From: Malacoraja senta | Taxonomy: Eukaryota | DNA length: 64,000 nt | Direction of reading: 5' to 3' | NCBI GenBank assembly: GCA_038087875.1 | Contig: CM075990.1 | Coordinates: 11,472,001-11,536,000, forward strand | Shown: one piece after another, positions 1-12,838 of the stretch | Numbering within the stretch: position 1 is the stretch's first letter | Layout of the letters: each line of letters opens with the position of its first letter | Program-made: the position numbers and the translations under genes | The notes under the pieces: generated by a model | What the model saw: only the letters and a program-made list of their open reading frames with translations | Databases searched by the model: none | What the model was told of the DNA's origin: nothing

Positions 1-545
1 AGTACTGACGGACAATAGACAATAGGTGCAGGAGCAGGCCATTCGGCTCTTCAAGCCAGTACCGCCATTCAATGTGATCATGGCTGATCATCCACAATCA
101 GTACCCCGTTCCTGCCTTCTCCCCATATCCCTTGACTCCACAATCTTTAAGATTTCTATCCAACTCTCTCTTGAAAGCATACAGAGAATTGGCCTCCTCT
201 GCCTTCTGAGGCAGAGAATCCCACAGATTCACAACCCTTTGTGTGAAAAAGTTTTTCCTCATCTCCGTTCTAAATGGCTTAACCCCTTATTCTTAAACTG
301 TGGCCCCTGGTTCTGGACTCCCCCAACATCAGGAACATGTTTCTTGCATCTAACGTGCCCAAACCCATAATAATCTTATACATTTCAATAAGATAGCCTC
401 TCATCCTAAATTCCAGAGAATACAAGCCCAGCCACTCTATTCTATCAACATATGTCAGTCCCGCCATTCCAGGAATTAACCTCGTGAACCTACGCTGCAC
501 TCCCTCAATAGCAAGAATGTCCTTCCTCAAATTTGGAGACGAAAA
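1..545 (-). mobile_element. CR1/HER1-type LINE 3' fragment
   Basis: Minus ORF 279-530 reads as a CR1 ORF2 C-terminus (RKDILAIEGVQRRFTRLIPGM...ESRTRGHSLRIRG). It runs into the GAAGGGCCGAATGGCCT-type 3' UTR and a degenerate (CTATTGT)n tail. Confidence 0.9.
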
Positions 546-779
546 CTGATGTCATCTTTTGAATGAGTATTCAATGGAAGCATCTTCCGCGTTCCCACGT
601 CACTGGGAAAATTACCTGCCGTGTTCCCTCATTAAAATACTAGCCACGCCTCCAGGGCGGTAAAATGCTCTGGGCTGATCTGATACATTAAAAGTGCTCT
701 AATCGCCTACCAGCCTGTGCACACAATATGATTGATAACACGTTCATTAACTGCTTGAGATTAGTTTTCTGTGGTATAC

Positions 780-1155
780 ACCTCATTGAAACTTACCGAA
801 TAATGAAAGGATTGGATGGAGTAGATGTGGCGAGGATGTTTCCACTAGTGGAAGAGTCTAGGACTAGCAGTCATAACCTCAGAATGAAAGGTCGTTCCTT
901 TAGGAAGAATTTCTTTAGTCAGAGGGTGGTGAATCTGTGGAATTCTTTTCCACAGAGGGATGTGGAGGCCAAGTCAATGTATATTTTTAAGGCAGAGATC
1001 GATAGATTCTTGATTTGTACGGATGTCAGGGGTTATGGGGAGAAGACAGGAGAATGGGGTTAGGAGCGATAGGATAGATCAGCCATGATTGAAGGGCGGA
1101 GTAGACTTGATGGGCTGAATGGCCTCATGGCGCCTATCACTTATGGCTTTATGAC
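780..1155 (+). mobile_element. CR1/HER1-type LINE 3' fragment
   Basis: LIETYRIMKGLD...FFSQRVVNLWNS peptide followed by the CR1-type 3' UTR. Confidence 0.85.
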
Positions 1156-1399
1156 CAGGGTGCAATGAATTTTCCTGATCACATGAAGCTCACAGAGTGA
1201 ACTGTATACATTGTATGTTAAATACCACTGATGATCCAATTAATGATAAATAAATCAGCGGTAGTGCATAAAAGTGTTAAAAGGCAATAAGAGAGTGAGA
1301 GATTGGGGTAGAGTTAAGAGTAAGAGCACATGGGAAAGAAGTGTGAGAGTGGTAATTGGTTCAGGAGTCAGATAGGAGCAGGGTAGAAGCTGTTCTTTA

Positions 1400-1746
1400 G
1401 CCTGGATGTCCCATATGCCCCATAGATACATGATAAGGGAATAACATTTAGTGCAAGGTAAAGCCAGCAAAGGCAGTTCAAGGATTGTCCGAGGGTCACC
1501 AAAGAGTCCTGAACTACAATCGACCTCTTTGATGACCCTCGGATTATCTTTTGTCAGACTTTGCTGGCTTTACCTTGCACTAAACGTTATTCCCTTATCA
1601 TGTATCTATACTGTAAATGGATCGACGGTGATCATGCATTTCCTTTCTGCCGGCTGGTTAGCACGCAACAAAAGCTTTTCACTGTACCTCGGTGCATGTG
1701 ACAATAACCTAAACTGAACTGAACTAGACTGAACTGAACTAAACTG
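1400..1746. mobile_element. Rex1-type 3'-tail repeat, rearranged (minus piece then plus piece)
   Basis: Shares CAAAAGCTTTTCACTGTACCTCGG..GTGACAATAA plus a (CTGAA)n tail with copies at 4715-5120, 21975-22240 and 59795-60000. Confidence 0.65.
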
Positions 1747-1887
1747 ATATCTTCTCCCAGATGGTAGAAGAGTGAAAAGTGAATGGCCAGGGTGGCAGGC
1801 ATCTTTGACAATACCTGCAGCCTTCTTGATTCAATGCACCATGACGATGGACTGAATGGAAGGAAATGACAAGCCTGTGATAGATTA

Positions 1888-2440
1888 AACATAGACATAG
1901 AAACATAGAAAGTAGGTGCGAGAGTAGACCACCAGGTCCATCGAGCCCGCACCGCCATTCGCTCATGGCTGAACACCAAACAGACACCCCTACCCACAAA
2001 CAGTAGACACAAGACACAGAACACAAGACGCTACCCTCCCCTTTATACCGCTATCACCCCTCTCCACCCCAAGAACCGCGTGATCTCCTGGGGGAGGCAA
2101 AAAAACGGATAAAAACCCAGGTCCAATTCGGGAAAAAAATCCGGGAAATTCCTCTCCGACCCCAATCCAGGCGATCGACACTTGTCCAGGAGATCACTCA
2201 GGTCTTACTATACTAACCCTACCTAGGTCCATATCCCTGCCCTCTCCCCGTAGCCCCTTATCCCCTTGGCAGCTAAAAAACCATCTATTTTAGACTTAAA
2301 TATATTTAATGTTTCTGCTTCCACTGCTCCCTGGGGCAGTGAATTCCATAAATTAACCACCCTCTGGGTGAAGAAGTTCTTCCTCATCTCAGTTTTAAAA
2401 GAGCCCCCCCTTATTCTGCAACTATGTCCCCTAGTTCTAG
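1888..2440 (-). mobile_element. CR1 LINE 3' fragment of a second subfamily with a long 3' UTR
   Basis: ORF 2223-2474 contains RTRGHSCRIRGGSFKTEMRKNFFTQRVVNLWNSLP. About 330 bp of CpG-rich UTR follows, then a (TTTCTATG)n-type tail. Confidence 0.8.
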
Positions 2441-3653
2441 ATTGAGCTGTGTTCACTATTATCAGCAAGTTCAAGCGATTAAGAGCAGACGAGTTGTCAC
2501 ACCAGGCTGAAATGAGTCCCGTCAGAACACTTTCTATAGTAATGTGTAGGAAAGAACTGCAGAGCCTGGTTTAAACCGAAGATAGACACAAAATGCTGGA
2601 GTAACTCACCAGGACAGGCAGCATCTCTGGAGAGAAGGAATGGGTGAGGTTTCGGGTCGAGACTCTTCTTCAGATTTCAGATGTGGTGTTGAGTGCGCGT
2701 GTTGGTTGTGAATGATCTGTGAAGACCAGCATTGCTTTGGGAAAGTATTAGGATGTGTAGGGAAAAGAGGAAATGGTAACCTGTCAGGAATGGGCTGTTG
2801 ATCTTATGGAGAGTGGTCCTAAGTAGCAAATTGAGGACAAGCTGGAGATCAGGTAGTACTATGAGTAGGACTGATTCTGGACAGCACATGGGGATTTGAA
2901 TGGAAGAGATGTGTTGTACAATGATTTAATACGCAATGCCCTGCCTTGTTATAACTGTTCCAAGTAAGATTGCCGTGTTTCCAGTGCCGGATGTTTTTCT
3001 AGGTATATAAACCCTTGATTATAATGAAGAACAAATGCCAGGACTCTTTGGAGATTAAGCCATCTACTAAATCCAAACTACTGTAAATCCTTGTTTACGT
3101 TCAATGAAGCATAACGTCATAAATCAAAAAGAAAATGGGCAAAATTCATGACACGTTTGTATCTCAGGTCAGGGTATTCCAACGTGCAAAGGGTCGTGTG
3201 TGATTCATTATCATGAAAAACAGCTTTGCTAATTGACGAGTTAATGGTATTATAATGTAAATTCATAAATTGTTAATTGAGGCATTGCTGTTTTTCTCCA
3301 AATAAAATAATATGATTGTCTTTCTGATGGAAATCTGTTAGGATGGGGCCTCCATAGGAGTTCAAAGGTATTTAATTAGGAAAATTAGGAAAATCATCAG
3401 CACACTGAGTCAATACCGACCATCAACCATCCATTTGCACTGGTCCCATTTTTTAAAATGTTCCCCATATTCTTATCAATTCCTATTAGATTCTACCTCA
3501 CACCTACATGCTGGGGGTGATTTTCAATTAACCGACTACTTGCATGTCTTCACCTAGAGGAAGCCCATGTGAACACAAGAAGACCATGTAAGCATCACAT
3601 AGACAACACCAAAGGTCAGGATTGAACTTGGGTCACAGGCTCCATGAGGTTTA

Positions 3654-3928
3654 GGGTGGCACGGTGGCATAGCGGTAGAGCTACTGCCTTACAGCGCCAG
3701 AGACCCGATCCTGACTATGGGTGCTGGCTGTACGTTCTCCCGTGACCTGCGTGGGTTTGCTCCGAGATCTTCTGTTTCCTCCCACATTTCACACTTTGTA
3801 GGTTAATTGGTGTGGTATAAATGTAAAATGTAAAATTGTCCCTAGTGTGTGTAGGATAGTGTTAGTGTGCGGGGATCGCTTGTCAGCAGGGACATAGTGG
3901 GCCAGAGGGCCTGTTTCCACTCTGTAAA
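3654..3928 (+). mobile_element. HE1/V-SINE-like tRNA-derived SINE
   Basis: GGCACGGTGGCATAGCGGTAGAG A-box head, V-domain GTTCTCCCGTGACCTGCGTGGGTTT...TTTCCTCCCACA, and the HER1-shared tail GGGCCTGTTTCC. Confidence 0.85.
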
Positions 3929-4004
3929 GGTGGTGGTTCAAGTAACTGCACCACTGTGCTGCAGCTGAAGAACTGAAATCATCATTCCTGTGACAAAAGA
4001 AAAA

Positions 4005-4232
4005 ACACAAAATGCTGGAGTAACTCAGCGGGACAGGCAGCATCTCTGGAGAGAAGGAATGGGTGACGTTTTGGGTCGAGACCCTTCTGAATAAGTTCTG
4101 TCTGAAGAAGAGTCTCGACCAAAAACGTCACCCAGTCTTTCTCTCCAGAGATGCTGCCTGTCCCACTGAGTTACTCCTGGCCCTTTGGTTTATCTTTGGT
4201 TTAAACCAGCATCTGCAGTTCCTTCCTACACA
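4005..4232. mobile_element. Penelope-derived short repeat, inverted pair
   Basis: A minus copy (4005-4090) abuts a plus copy (4100-4232) of the 3' terminal repeat of the PLE at 39533-40497. Confidence 0.8.
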
Positions 4233-4714
4233 TTCCTGTGACAAATACTGGAATTACTTGCATTTATTCCCTGAAGGGAAACTGGAAGGAGGATTCCTGC
4301 CTGGATTGATGTTTAGCTGCTCTTTCCATTTTGGTTCTTTCGTTTTCAGGAAAGGATCTGTGAGAAATGGCAGCAATTTTGCAATCTACCAGCTCTGAAG
4401 CACTCGCATTCTTTACTTAATTTGTTCTTTCATAGATTGTAAAATATACTGGAATGGGTTCAAAATAAGTTTGTCGGTGCTGTCCTATTAAGTACAAATT
4501 ATAAAACTCCAAGGTTCTCTGCTGAAGTATAAATTACTCGCGAGTGAGGGTTTTATGGCTCTGTTTGGCAGTGGTACAAGATATACCAGTAGGTTGGTTA
4601 GACAATTTGCACAGCTCTTTCGGCTTACCAATTTCTATTTAGTTTTCTGAGATATTATCTGTGGCTTTCTGGATTAAAAAAAAATTAATTGTTCAGGATC
4701 TCGTTCAGATTTTT

Positions 4715-5120
4715 TTAGTTTAGTTTAGTTTATCGTCACGTGTACCGGGGCACAGTGAAAAGCTTTTTGTTGCATGCTAACCAGTCAACAGAAAGACAAC
4801 ACATGATTACAATCGATCCATTTACAGTGTATTGATACATTAGCAGGGAATAAAGTTTAGTGCAAGGTAAAGCCAGCAAGTCCGATCAAGGATAGTCCGA
4901 GGGTCATCAAAGAGGTCGATAGTAGTTCAGCACTGCTCTCTGCTTGTGGTAGGGTGATTCAGTTGCCTGATAACAGCTGAGAAGAAACTGTCCCCGAATC
5001 TGGTGGTGTGCGATTTCGCACTTCTATACCTTTTGCCTGATGGGAGAGGGGAGAAGAGGAAGTGGCCAGGGTGCGACTCATCCTTGATTATGCTGCTGGC
5101 CTTGCCGAGGCAGCGTGAGG
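4715..5120 (-). mobile_element. Rex1/Babar LINE 3' fragment
   Basis: ORF 4927-5124 (IIKDESHPGHFLFSPLPSGKRYRS...SFFSAVIRQLN) resembles the C-terminus of the Rex1 at 29134-29994; (CTAAA)n tail. Confidence 0.85.
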
Positions 5121-5299
5121 CCACTTATCTGCTGACACTTATCAGCCAATTTAATGTATAAATCTCTTGAAAGATGGCAAAGCCACTTTGCAGTTCTTCA
5201 GGCTCCTAGAACTCCGTATCCACCGTGCTGTTGGGCAGGGAGTTCTAGAATTTAGACTCAGTAACGATATAGGGCCAGTGATATATTTTCAAGTCAGGA

Positions 5300-5630
5300 A
5301 AGCTCTTGCCCAGAGTAGCGGAATCAAGAACCAGAAGACATAGGTTTAAGGTGAGGGGGGGGGGGGGGGGGAGGATTTAATAGGAACCTGAGGGGGAAGG
5401 TTTTCACACAAAGTGTAGTGGGTTTATGGACCAAGCTGCTGGAGGAGGTAGTTGAGGCAGGAATTATCCCAACATTTAAGAAACATTTGGACAGGTACAT
5501 GGATAGGACAGGTTTAGAGGGATATGGGCCAAATATAGTCAGATGGGGCTAGTGTAGATGGGACATGTTGGCTGGTGTGGGCATGTTGGGCAGAAGGGCC
5601 TGTTTCCATGCTATAAGGCTCTGTGACTCT
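5300..5630 (+). mobile_element. HER1/CR1 3' tail
   Basis: Ends in GGGCAGAAGGGCCTGTTTCC, the same tail carried by the HE1-like SINEs. Confidence 0.75.
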
Positions 5631-7004
5631 CTGACTTGCAGAGATACTGTAGATGGTGGTGATTCCATGGATCCACTATCTTTATTTTCCCCTTGCTGTA
5701 GATCGCAGGTGTAGGGGGGTGTTTGTCGAGCAGGCTTGCTGAAGAGGTGCAGCATTGTATTTAATAGATGGTTTAGATCATAGCCACTCTGCACTGGCAG
5801 AGGAGGGAATTAATGTTTAGCATGGTTGCCAATCAAGCAGGGTACTTGTTGCAGAGGTGTGGAACGTCTTGAGAATTACTGGCTTGGCTCTTAGTCAGGA
5901 AAATGTTCCATCATAGTCCTGACGTGTCTTATAGGTGGACTTTGGGAGGGGGGGGGGTGGTGTGGGGGGTAAAGAGGAGAGTGACTTGTTCTTGTGGCCA
6001 TGGTATTTATGTGGCATTTATATGGTATTTATTTTCCTCAATTTGTATGCCACTTCCATTATCTCCGTCTGATACCAGGAGGGGTACTGATTTTAGATGA
6101 TTAGCCATGATCATGTTGAATGGCGGTGCGGGCTCGAAGGGCCGAATGGCCTACTCCTGCACCTATTTTTCTATGTTTCTAAGTTTCTATGAGTAAGAAA
6201 GAGGTTTTGCCTTTGGTGTTATTCCTAACCACTTCCGCAGTCAGAAATGAAGAACAGTACCTGTGTAGTAGTGGACTGAGTGACATGTTGTCAGAGATTC
6301 CAACATACAAATGAGAAGGTAAACAAACACACCCTCTGCCTATTCCACTGGGTCAGATGGGTACCATAGAACCTTGCACCACCATTATAAAGTTATAAAA
6401 ACGTTTGAGAAACATTTAGACAGGTACATGGATAGGACAGGTTTAGAGGGATATGGGCCAAATGCAAGCAGGTGGGACTAGTGTAGATGGGACATGTTGG
6501 CCGGTGTGGGCAATTTGGGCCGAATGGCCTGTTTCCATGCTGTAAGACACTATGACCAACCAATTTTCAACAGGATTTTTATCCTTTTTCTATTAAAACG
6601 ATTCTTCTGCACTGTCTGCTTTTGTTACCTAATTGCTGAACCTCACTGCATCAGTTTTTCTGTTCAAAGAGTCTGCGTATTGTAGGCATGGATAAGTTAT
6701 TGTCCATCTCTAATTGACTCTGACCCGAGGAAGCATTGCTGTAGATCTCACGTGGACCAGAAGAGATAATGTCAGCAGATTTATTTTCTGAGTGAATAAA
6801 TGCCTCTTTTTTTTTTAACAACGATCAGGCTTTATTTTTTCTGTGCAGCTACATGGAGAGGAAGTGGCTGAGCAACCATTTACAAGCACCAGGCATTATC
6901 AGAGGTGCAACAACTCTCCTGTTTCTACTGTACATTTATTACTGTAAAACACTGCAGCAGGATTCCATCTGACAAAATCCTAAATCGCCACAAGGTATAT
7001 TAAT

Positions 7005-7600
7005 GTGTAGGAAGGAACTGTAGATGTTGGTTTAAACCGAAGATAGACACAAAATGCTGGAGTAACTCAGCGGGTCAGACGGCATCTCTGGAGAAAAGGA
7101 ATAGGTGACGTTTCAGGTTGAGACCCTTCTTCAATCTGAAGAAGGGTCTCGACCCTTCTATTACATTATCATGTATATTACATTATCGTGTATCTATACA
7201 CAAATGGATCGATTGTAATCATGTAAGAATGAACTGCAGATGCTGGTTTAAATCAAAGGTAGACACAAAATGCTGGAGTAACTCAGCGGGTGAGCGTTTG
7301 AAGAAGGATCTCGACCCGAAACGCCTCCCATTCCTTCTCTCCAGAGATGCTGCCTCACCCGCTGAGTTACTCCAGCATTTTGTGTCTACCTTCGATTGTA
7401 ATCATGTATTGTCCTTCTGCTGACTGGTTAGCACGCAACTAAAAACTTTTCAATCACAATAAACTGAGCTGAACTGAAACTGAACTGACACGAAACATCA
7501 CCTTCTTCACTGAAGAAGGATGTCGACCTGAAACGTCACCTATTCCTTTTCTCCAGAGATACCGTCTGACCCGCTGAGTTACTTCAGCTTTTTGTATCTA
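7005..7600. mobile_element. Cluster of Penelope-derived short repeats interleaved with Rex1-type tail pieces
   Basis: Several copies of AGACACAAAATGCTGGAGTAACTCAGCGGG or its reverse complement, in both orientations. Confidence 0.75.
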
Positions 7601-8959
7601 CCAAGTTATATTAGGATGGGTGATGAAGAATGCATTGCATCATGGGATTTGTAGTTCACGTTGGGACATGTTTCTTCCAATTGGTTGCCAACAGCCAGGT
7701 TGACCACTGTAATAGGATCCCTCTGTATATTGTTATTAAGCTTCCAAACTATTTCTGTGCAACTGCATTATTGATACGTTTCCATTAAATCAACTGAAGT
7801 ATAAATAAGCTAACATCAATCACTTCACAACCTCATCCCTTTCTATCTTTAGAACCTTCTCCAGCTGGAGATCGACAGGAAGGATTGTATTTACATGATT
7901 CTATGCTGCCTGGCCCACCGACTTACTCAAAAACGTTACGTTCTTTTGTGCAAACCAGCATCAGCAGTTCCTTGTTCCTATTGTGTAGGAAGGAACTGCA
8001 GATGCGGGGAAAATCGAAGGTAGACAAAAATGCTGGAGAAACTCAGTGGGTGAGGCAACATCTATGAAGCGAAGGAATAGGTGATGTTTCGGGTCGAGAC
8101 CCTTCTTCAGACCAGATGCTGGTTTACACCGAAGGTCGACACAAAATGCTGGAGTAACTTAGTGGGACAGGCTTTACGTTCAGAGGGGGAGAGGTTAGAG
8201 TAGGTAAGGGGAGTGGAAAAATTGAGATGGTTGATGTCACGCCAGCAGTTAGAAATGAAAAGGTCTAGAAGGGTGGAAGGCTGCCGGGGGGGGGGGGGGG
8301 GCAGTCCAAGAGAAGGGGGACTGGTATGGATGGCAGAATGGGGTCATCACTGGGTGGTGAGGATTCCTTCCCATAGAAAAAGACATGGAGGCAGAGGCGA
8401 TGGAAGAAAAGCTCGACGTCATGGTGGACCCAACACTCATTGAGGTGAGGGCGGAGGGGAACAAAGGTGTCATGTCTCGCCTGTCCCATTGAGTCACTGT
8501 AGCATTTTGTGTCTATTGTCCTTGTTGCTACTGTCTGTTTCTTGCATTTACATTACACCTTTCACAATGTCCCAAAGTGCTTTAGACCTGTTGAACCAGC
8601 ATTGACATGTCATCACTGTGTCATGAGCAGCGCCCAAGGTCAACACACAGGCAACATTGGTGACGATCAGATCATCTGCTGATCTAGAGATATTGATTGG
8701 ATTTTTAATATGAACGTGAGTAGTAATTTTTTTTACACAATGGGTGGTGAGTATATGGAGCGAGCTATATGGCGAGGCTGGTACTATCAACAAGGTTAAG
8801 TGACATATATTCAGGTACACGGATAGGACAGGTTTAGAGGGCTATGGGCCAAGTGCAAGAAGGTGGGACTAGTGTAGATGGGACATGTTGGCCGGTGTGG
8901 GCAAGTTAGACTGAAGGGCCTGTTTCAGCACTGTATGACTATGACTCTATAACTAAAAC

Positions 8960-9165
8960 AGGACACCAGGGAGGAGTCTTTTGCTCTTCCTTGAAATTAT
9001 GCCGTGGATCTTGGGAAAGAAGATGTTTTTTGTTGGAAAGGCAGAACCTACAGCAGTACCTTGCTCCCTCAGCACTACCTCAGCAATGTCATCTGAGAGT
9101 TTTGTTCTTAAGCCTGTGGAATGGGACTTAAATCTACAGTCTGAGTCAGAGGGGAGGGTCCTTGC
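8960..9165 (-). mobile_element. Ancient Deu-domain SINE remnant
   Basis: Degenerate match to the reverse complement of the DeuSINE core (CTCCCTCAGCACTAC...TGTGGAATGGGACTTAAA...CTGAGTCAGAGG). Recognised by eye only. Confidence 0.5.
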
Positions 9166-9477
9166 AGTGAAACATGCCTATTTGTGCTTCTCAAGTTTCC
9201 TGGCATTATATTTCCTGGCATTATATATGGTTTATATTTCAAAAGTAATTCATCAGTTTCCAAAGTGCTTCAAGGTTCCAAGAAATGCTGCATAAATTAT
9301 CATTAATGTCAGAAATTAATCTGCCGGAAAGGCTCCCTGTTAATCTAAAGTCAAATTCAAGTGCTGGAAACACTCAGCAGGTGGCAGGCAGCATGCATGG
9401 AGAGGGCAGCAAAGTCAACATGTCTGATGGTTCCTCATGTTTGTGACCTCTCATCAGAATGCCCCAGATCCATCTTC

Positions 9478-9994
9478 AGGGCCTGTCCCACTTGGGCGAC
9501 CTAATCCGCAAGTTCTGGCGAGTTTGCCCTCGACTCATTCTCACAGCATGGTCGACACGAGGTCGTAGGAGGTCTTCGTAACTCTCCTTCATGCTCAAGA
9601 GTGGTCTCCGTGTACTCGAGGCCTCAGCTAGGTCGCGGCGTTTTTTTCAATATGTTAAAAAATGCCCGCGAGTAAAAAAAGGTCACCATGGAAAAAATTG
9701 ACTCGTAGGTTTAGTCGTAGTAGGTCGTAGTACGTGGCATGTTAGTCGTAGTAATCGACAGTAGTCGAAGGTAGTCGAAGGGAGATCGAAGGAGGTCGTC
9801 TTCACTCTACACAATCCGGTGTCCAATTTTCCCGAAGTTAGTTGTAGCTAGTCGTAGCTAGTCTTCAACATAGTCAAAGGAGGTTGAAGGAGGTCTTCTA
9901 CATTGTCGAGGGAGGTCTTCAACATGTAATTTTTTCAAACTCTCCTAAACTCTTCTAAACTCGCCAATTAGTTCGCCCAAGTGGGACAGCCCCT
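9478..9994. mobile_element. Harbinger-like MITE
   Basis: TIRs AGGGCCTGTCCCACTTGGGCGA / TCGCCCAAGTGGGACAGCCCCT; internal GTCGTAG/GTCGAAG repeats; TSD not clean. Confidence 0.75.
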
Positions 9995-9997
9995 TAA

Positions 9998-10030
9998 GTC
10001 TGAAGAAGGGTCTCGACCCGAAACGTCACC
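9998..10030 (+). ncRNA. Minimal hammerhead ribozyme core in Penelope repeat
   Basis: CTGAAGA-A-GGGT(CTCG)ACCC-GAAAC-GTC matches CUGANGA / stem II / GAAA / NUH. Confidence 0.55.
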
Positions 10031-11096
10031 CATTCCTTCAATCCAGAGATGCTGCCTGTCCCACAGCCCTGTTGAGTTACTCCAGCATTTTGTGTCTATC
10101 TTCAGTCTCATCTCCCTTGGCCTCAGTCTGCACGATACAATACGGTAGAACGTTATTTATCCCAGGAGGAATATTGATCAGCAACTCCAACAGTCACAAA
10201 ACACTAAATACATGAAACATGAAATTAAAGTGACTAGTGGGAAGGATTGTGGGTGTGCAAAGATTGGGGGTGGGGGGGTCATGGGGAGTCAGTCTACCCC
10301 ACGGCAGAAGGGGGAGGAGTTGCACAGTTTGATAGCGACAGGGGAAAAGGATCACCTGTGGCGTTCTGTCCTGCATCTTGGTGGAACCAGTCTGTTGCTG
10401 AAGGTGCTCGTTGATTACATGAATCAACACTTGGCAGACACCTTTCCTGACTCTGGATAAATCGCGATAGCAATTAGAAGCCACACTGATAACAGTTAGG
10501 CATGGCAGTGGTGGATTGGTGCTATGGTGTATAGGGCACCCACAGGGAAGGGAATACTGGATCAGAATTGACAAGCAATATGATGCAAGGCACCAAGACA
10601 GCAAATCACAGGGTCGAAACAAGGACAAAAGGACACAAAGTGCTGGAGTAACTCAGCATGTCTGGAGAACATGGGCAGGTGATGCTTCAGATCGGGACCC
10701 TTCCCCAAACAAGAAGAAGGGTCCCGACCTGAAATGTCTCCTGTGCATGTTCTCCAGAGATGCTGTGTGACCTGCTGAGTTACTCCAGCACTTTGTGTTC
10801 TTTTGAGATAGCAGATAAAATACATTCATTTCACGCATCTCCGCATCTTCATTTGTTGGTGGGTGACTTATTTTGATATATTAGCTGAATGTTCCTGCAC
10901 CTGAGTGAAATCTTGCAGTGAGCATCACAACTTAAACTTATTTATCCTCTCACAACTCTACTCCACATCCCAGAGCCAGGATGCAACAGAATGTGGACCC
11001 AGATATGATGGAACTCTCATTTACAAGCGTTAGATGTAAGAGGCTGGCGTACAAGTTTGCAATAAAGTTCATGACAACCAACCACTCCAATATACT

Positions 11097-11725
11097 CCAA
11101 CCAGTATAGGAGCAGGGAGGTTCTACTGCAGTTGTACAGGGTCTTGGTGAGACCACACCTGGAGTATTGCGTACAGTTTTGGTCCCCAAATCTGAGGAAG
11201 GACATTATAGCCATAGAGGGAGTACAGAGAAGGTTCACCAGACTGATTCCTGGGATGTCAGGACTTTCATATGAAGAAAGACTGGATAGACTTGGTTTAT
11301 ACTCTCTAGAATTTAGAAGATTGAGAGGGGATCTTATAGAAACTTACAAAATTCTTAAGGGGTTGGACAGGCTAGATGCAGGAAGATTGTTCCCGATGTT
11401 GGGGAAGTCCAGGACAAGGGGTCACAGCTTAAGGATAAGGGGGAAATCCTTTAAGACCGAGATGAGGTAAAACTTTTTCACACAGAGAGTGGTGAATCTC
11501 TGGAACTCTCTGCCACAGAGGGTAGTTGAGGCCAGTTCATTGGCTATATTTAAGAGGGAGTTAGATGTGGCCCTTGTGGCTAAGGGGATCAGGGGGTATG
11601 GAGAGAAGGCAGGTACGGGATACTGAGTTGGATGATCAGCCATGATCATATTGAATGGCGGTGCAGGCTCGAAGGGCCGAATGGCCTACTCCTGCACCTA
11701 TTTTCTATGTATCTATGTATCTATG
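11097..11725 (+). mobile_element. CR1/HER1-type LINE 3' fragment
   Basis: ORF 11132-11470 (LVRPHLEYCVQFWSP...GHSLRIRG), 3' UTR and (TATCTATG)n-type tail. Confidence 0.92.
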
Positions 11726-11943
11726 AGGAAGCATGGAAATATGTCCCGCCATTGAATACGTTTTGTGAATGTCACGTAGGACATGCTTGCAATCCTTATG
11801 ATCAGACTTTGGTAATGATCTGAAAATATTGTACATAAAATGTCAATTTTCAGCAAGTTAAGGATTTGTGATGATCGATTTGGCAGTCAGGAAACATGCA
11901 GAGGCACAGCACTTGATCACGTTTCTAAGAATACTAAATCTGA

Positions 11944-11984
<41 letters not shown>

Positions 11985-12217
11985 TAAAATAAAAATAATA
12001 AATTAATAAGAGACCGTCTCTCACGTACCATGAAACCATTTGAGGCAGGGACTCCATTTCACGCAGAGAACAATGCCAGCTGTTTATCACACAGCAAGAT
12101 TTCGCAAATGGCAAAGGGCTGAACGAGCATCTAACCAGTCACAAAAACAGAAATAGACAGCCGATCCATCAGCCGCGAGACGCAAGAGTAAGCCAATTTA
12201 GTTTTTTTTTGTTTTAC

Positions 12218-12511
12218 AGGAACAGTGTGGAAACAGGCCCTTCGGCTCACCAAGTCTGCACCGACCAGCGATCCCCGCACATTAACACACACTAGGGACA
12301 ATTTACACATACACCAAGCCAATTAGCCTACATAGCTGTATGTCTTTGGAGTGTGGGAGGAAACGGAAGATCTCCGAGAAATCCCACGCAGGTCACGGGG
12401 AGAACGTACAAACTCTGTACAGACAGCACCTGTAGTCGGGATCGAACCCGGGTCTCCGGCGCTGCAAGCGCTGTAAGGCAACAACTCTACCGTTGCGCCA
12501 CCGTGCCACCC
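12218..12511 (-). mobile_element. HE1/V-SINE-like SINE
   Basis: Reverse-complement head, B-box (GGTTCGATCC), V-domain and HER1 tail are all present. Confidence 0.88.
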
Positions 12512-12838
12512 ATGAGTTAGGTACAGACCTTTGATCAGAATTGCTTTGTCAGAATCTTGTACCAGATGATGAATCTCTAAAGGTAGCAGGTAGTGGAGAA
12601 GTTATGTGATTGCTTATGGTTTAGAAGAGTCTTTCAAGTTGGTGCAATCTCCATGTTTGACAATAAAGTACATTATGTGAATGAACAATCATTACAGCAA
12701 GATGTTACTGGCGACTCTGAATCATCAATAAACTGTACACGACTCTTCACTTTAAACCATTGCCCTGGAATCAAAGGTAAGGACATCCTGTATCAAAGAA
12801 AAGTCTATCATGACTGGTGCGTCTTGCATCTATCACAT

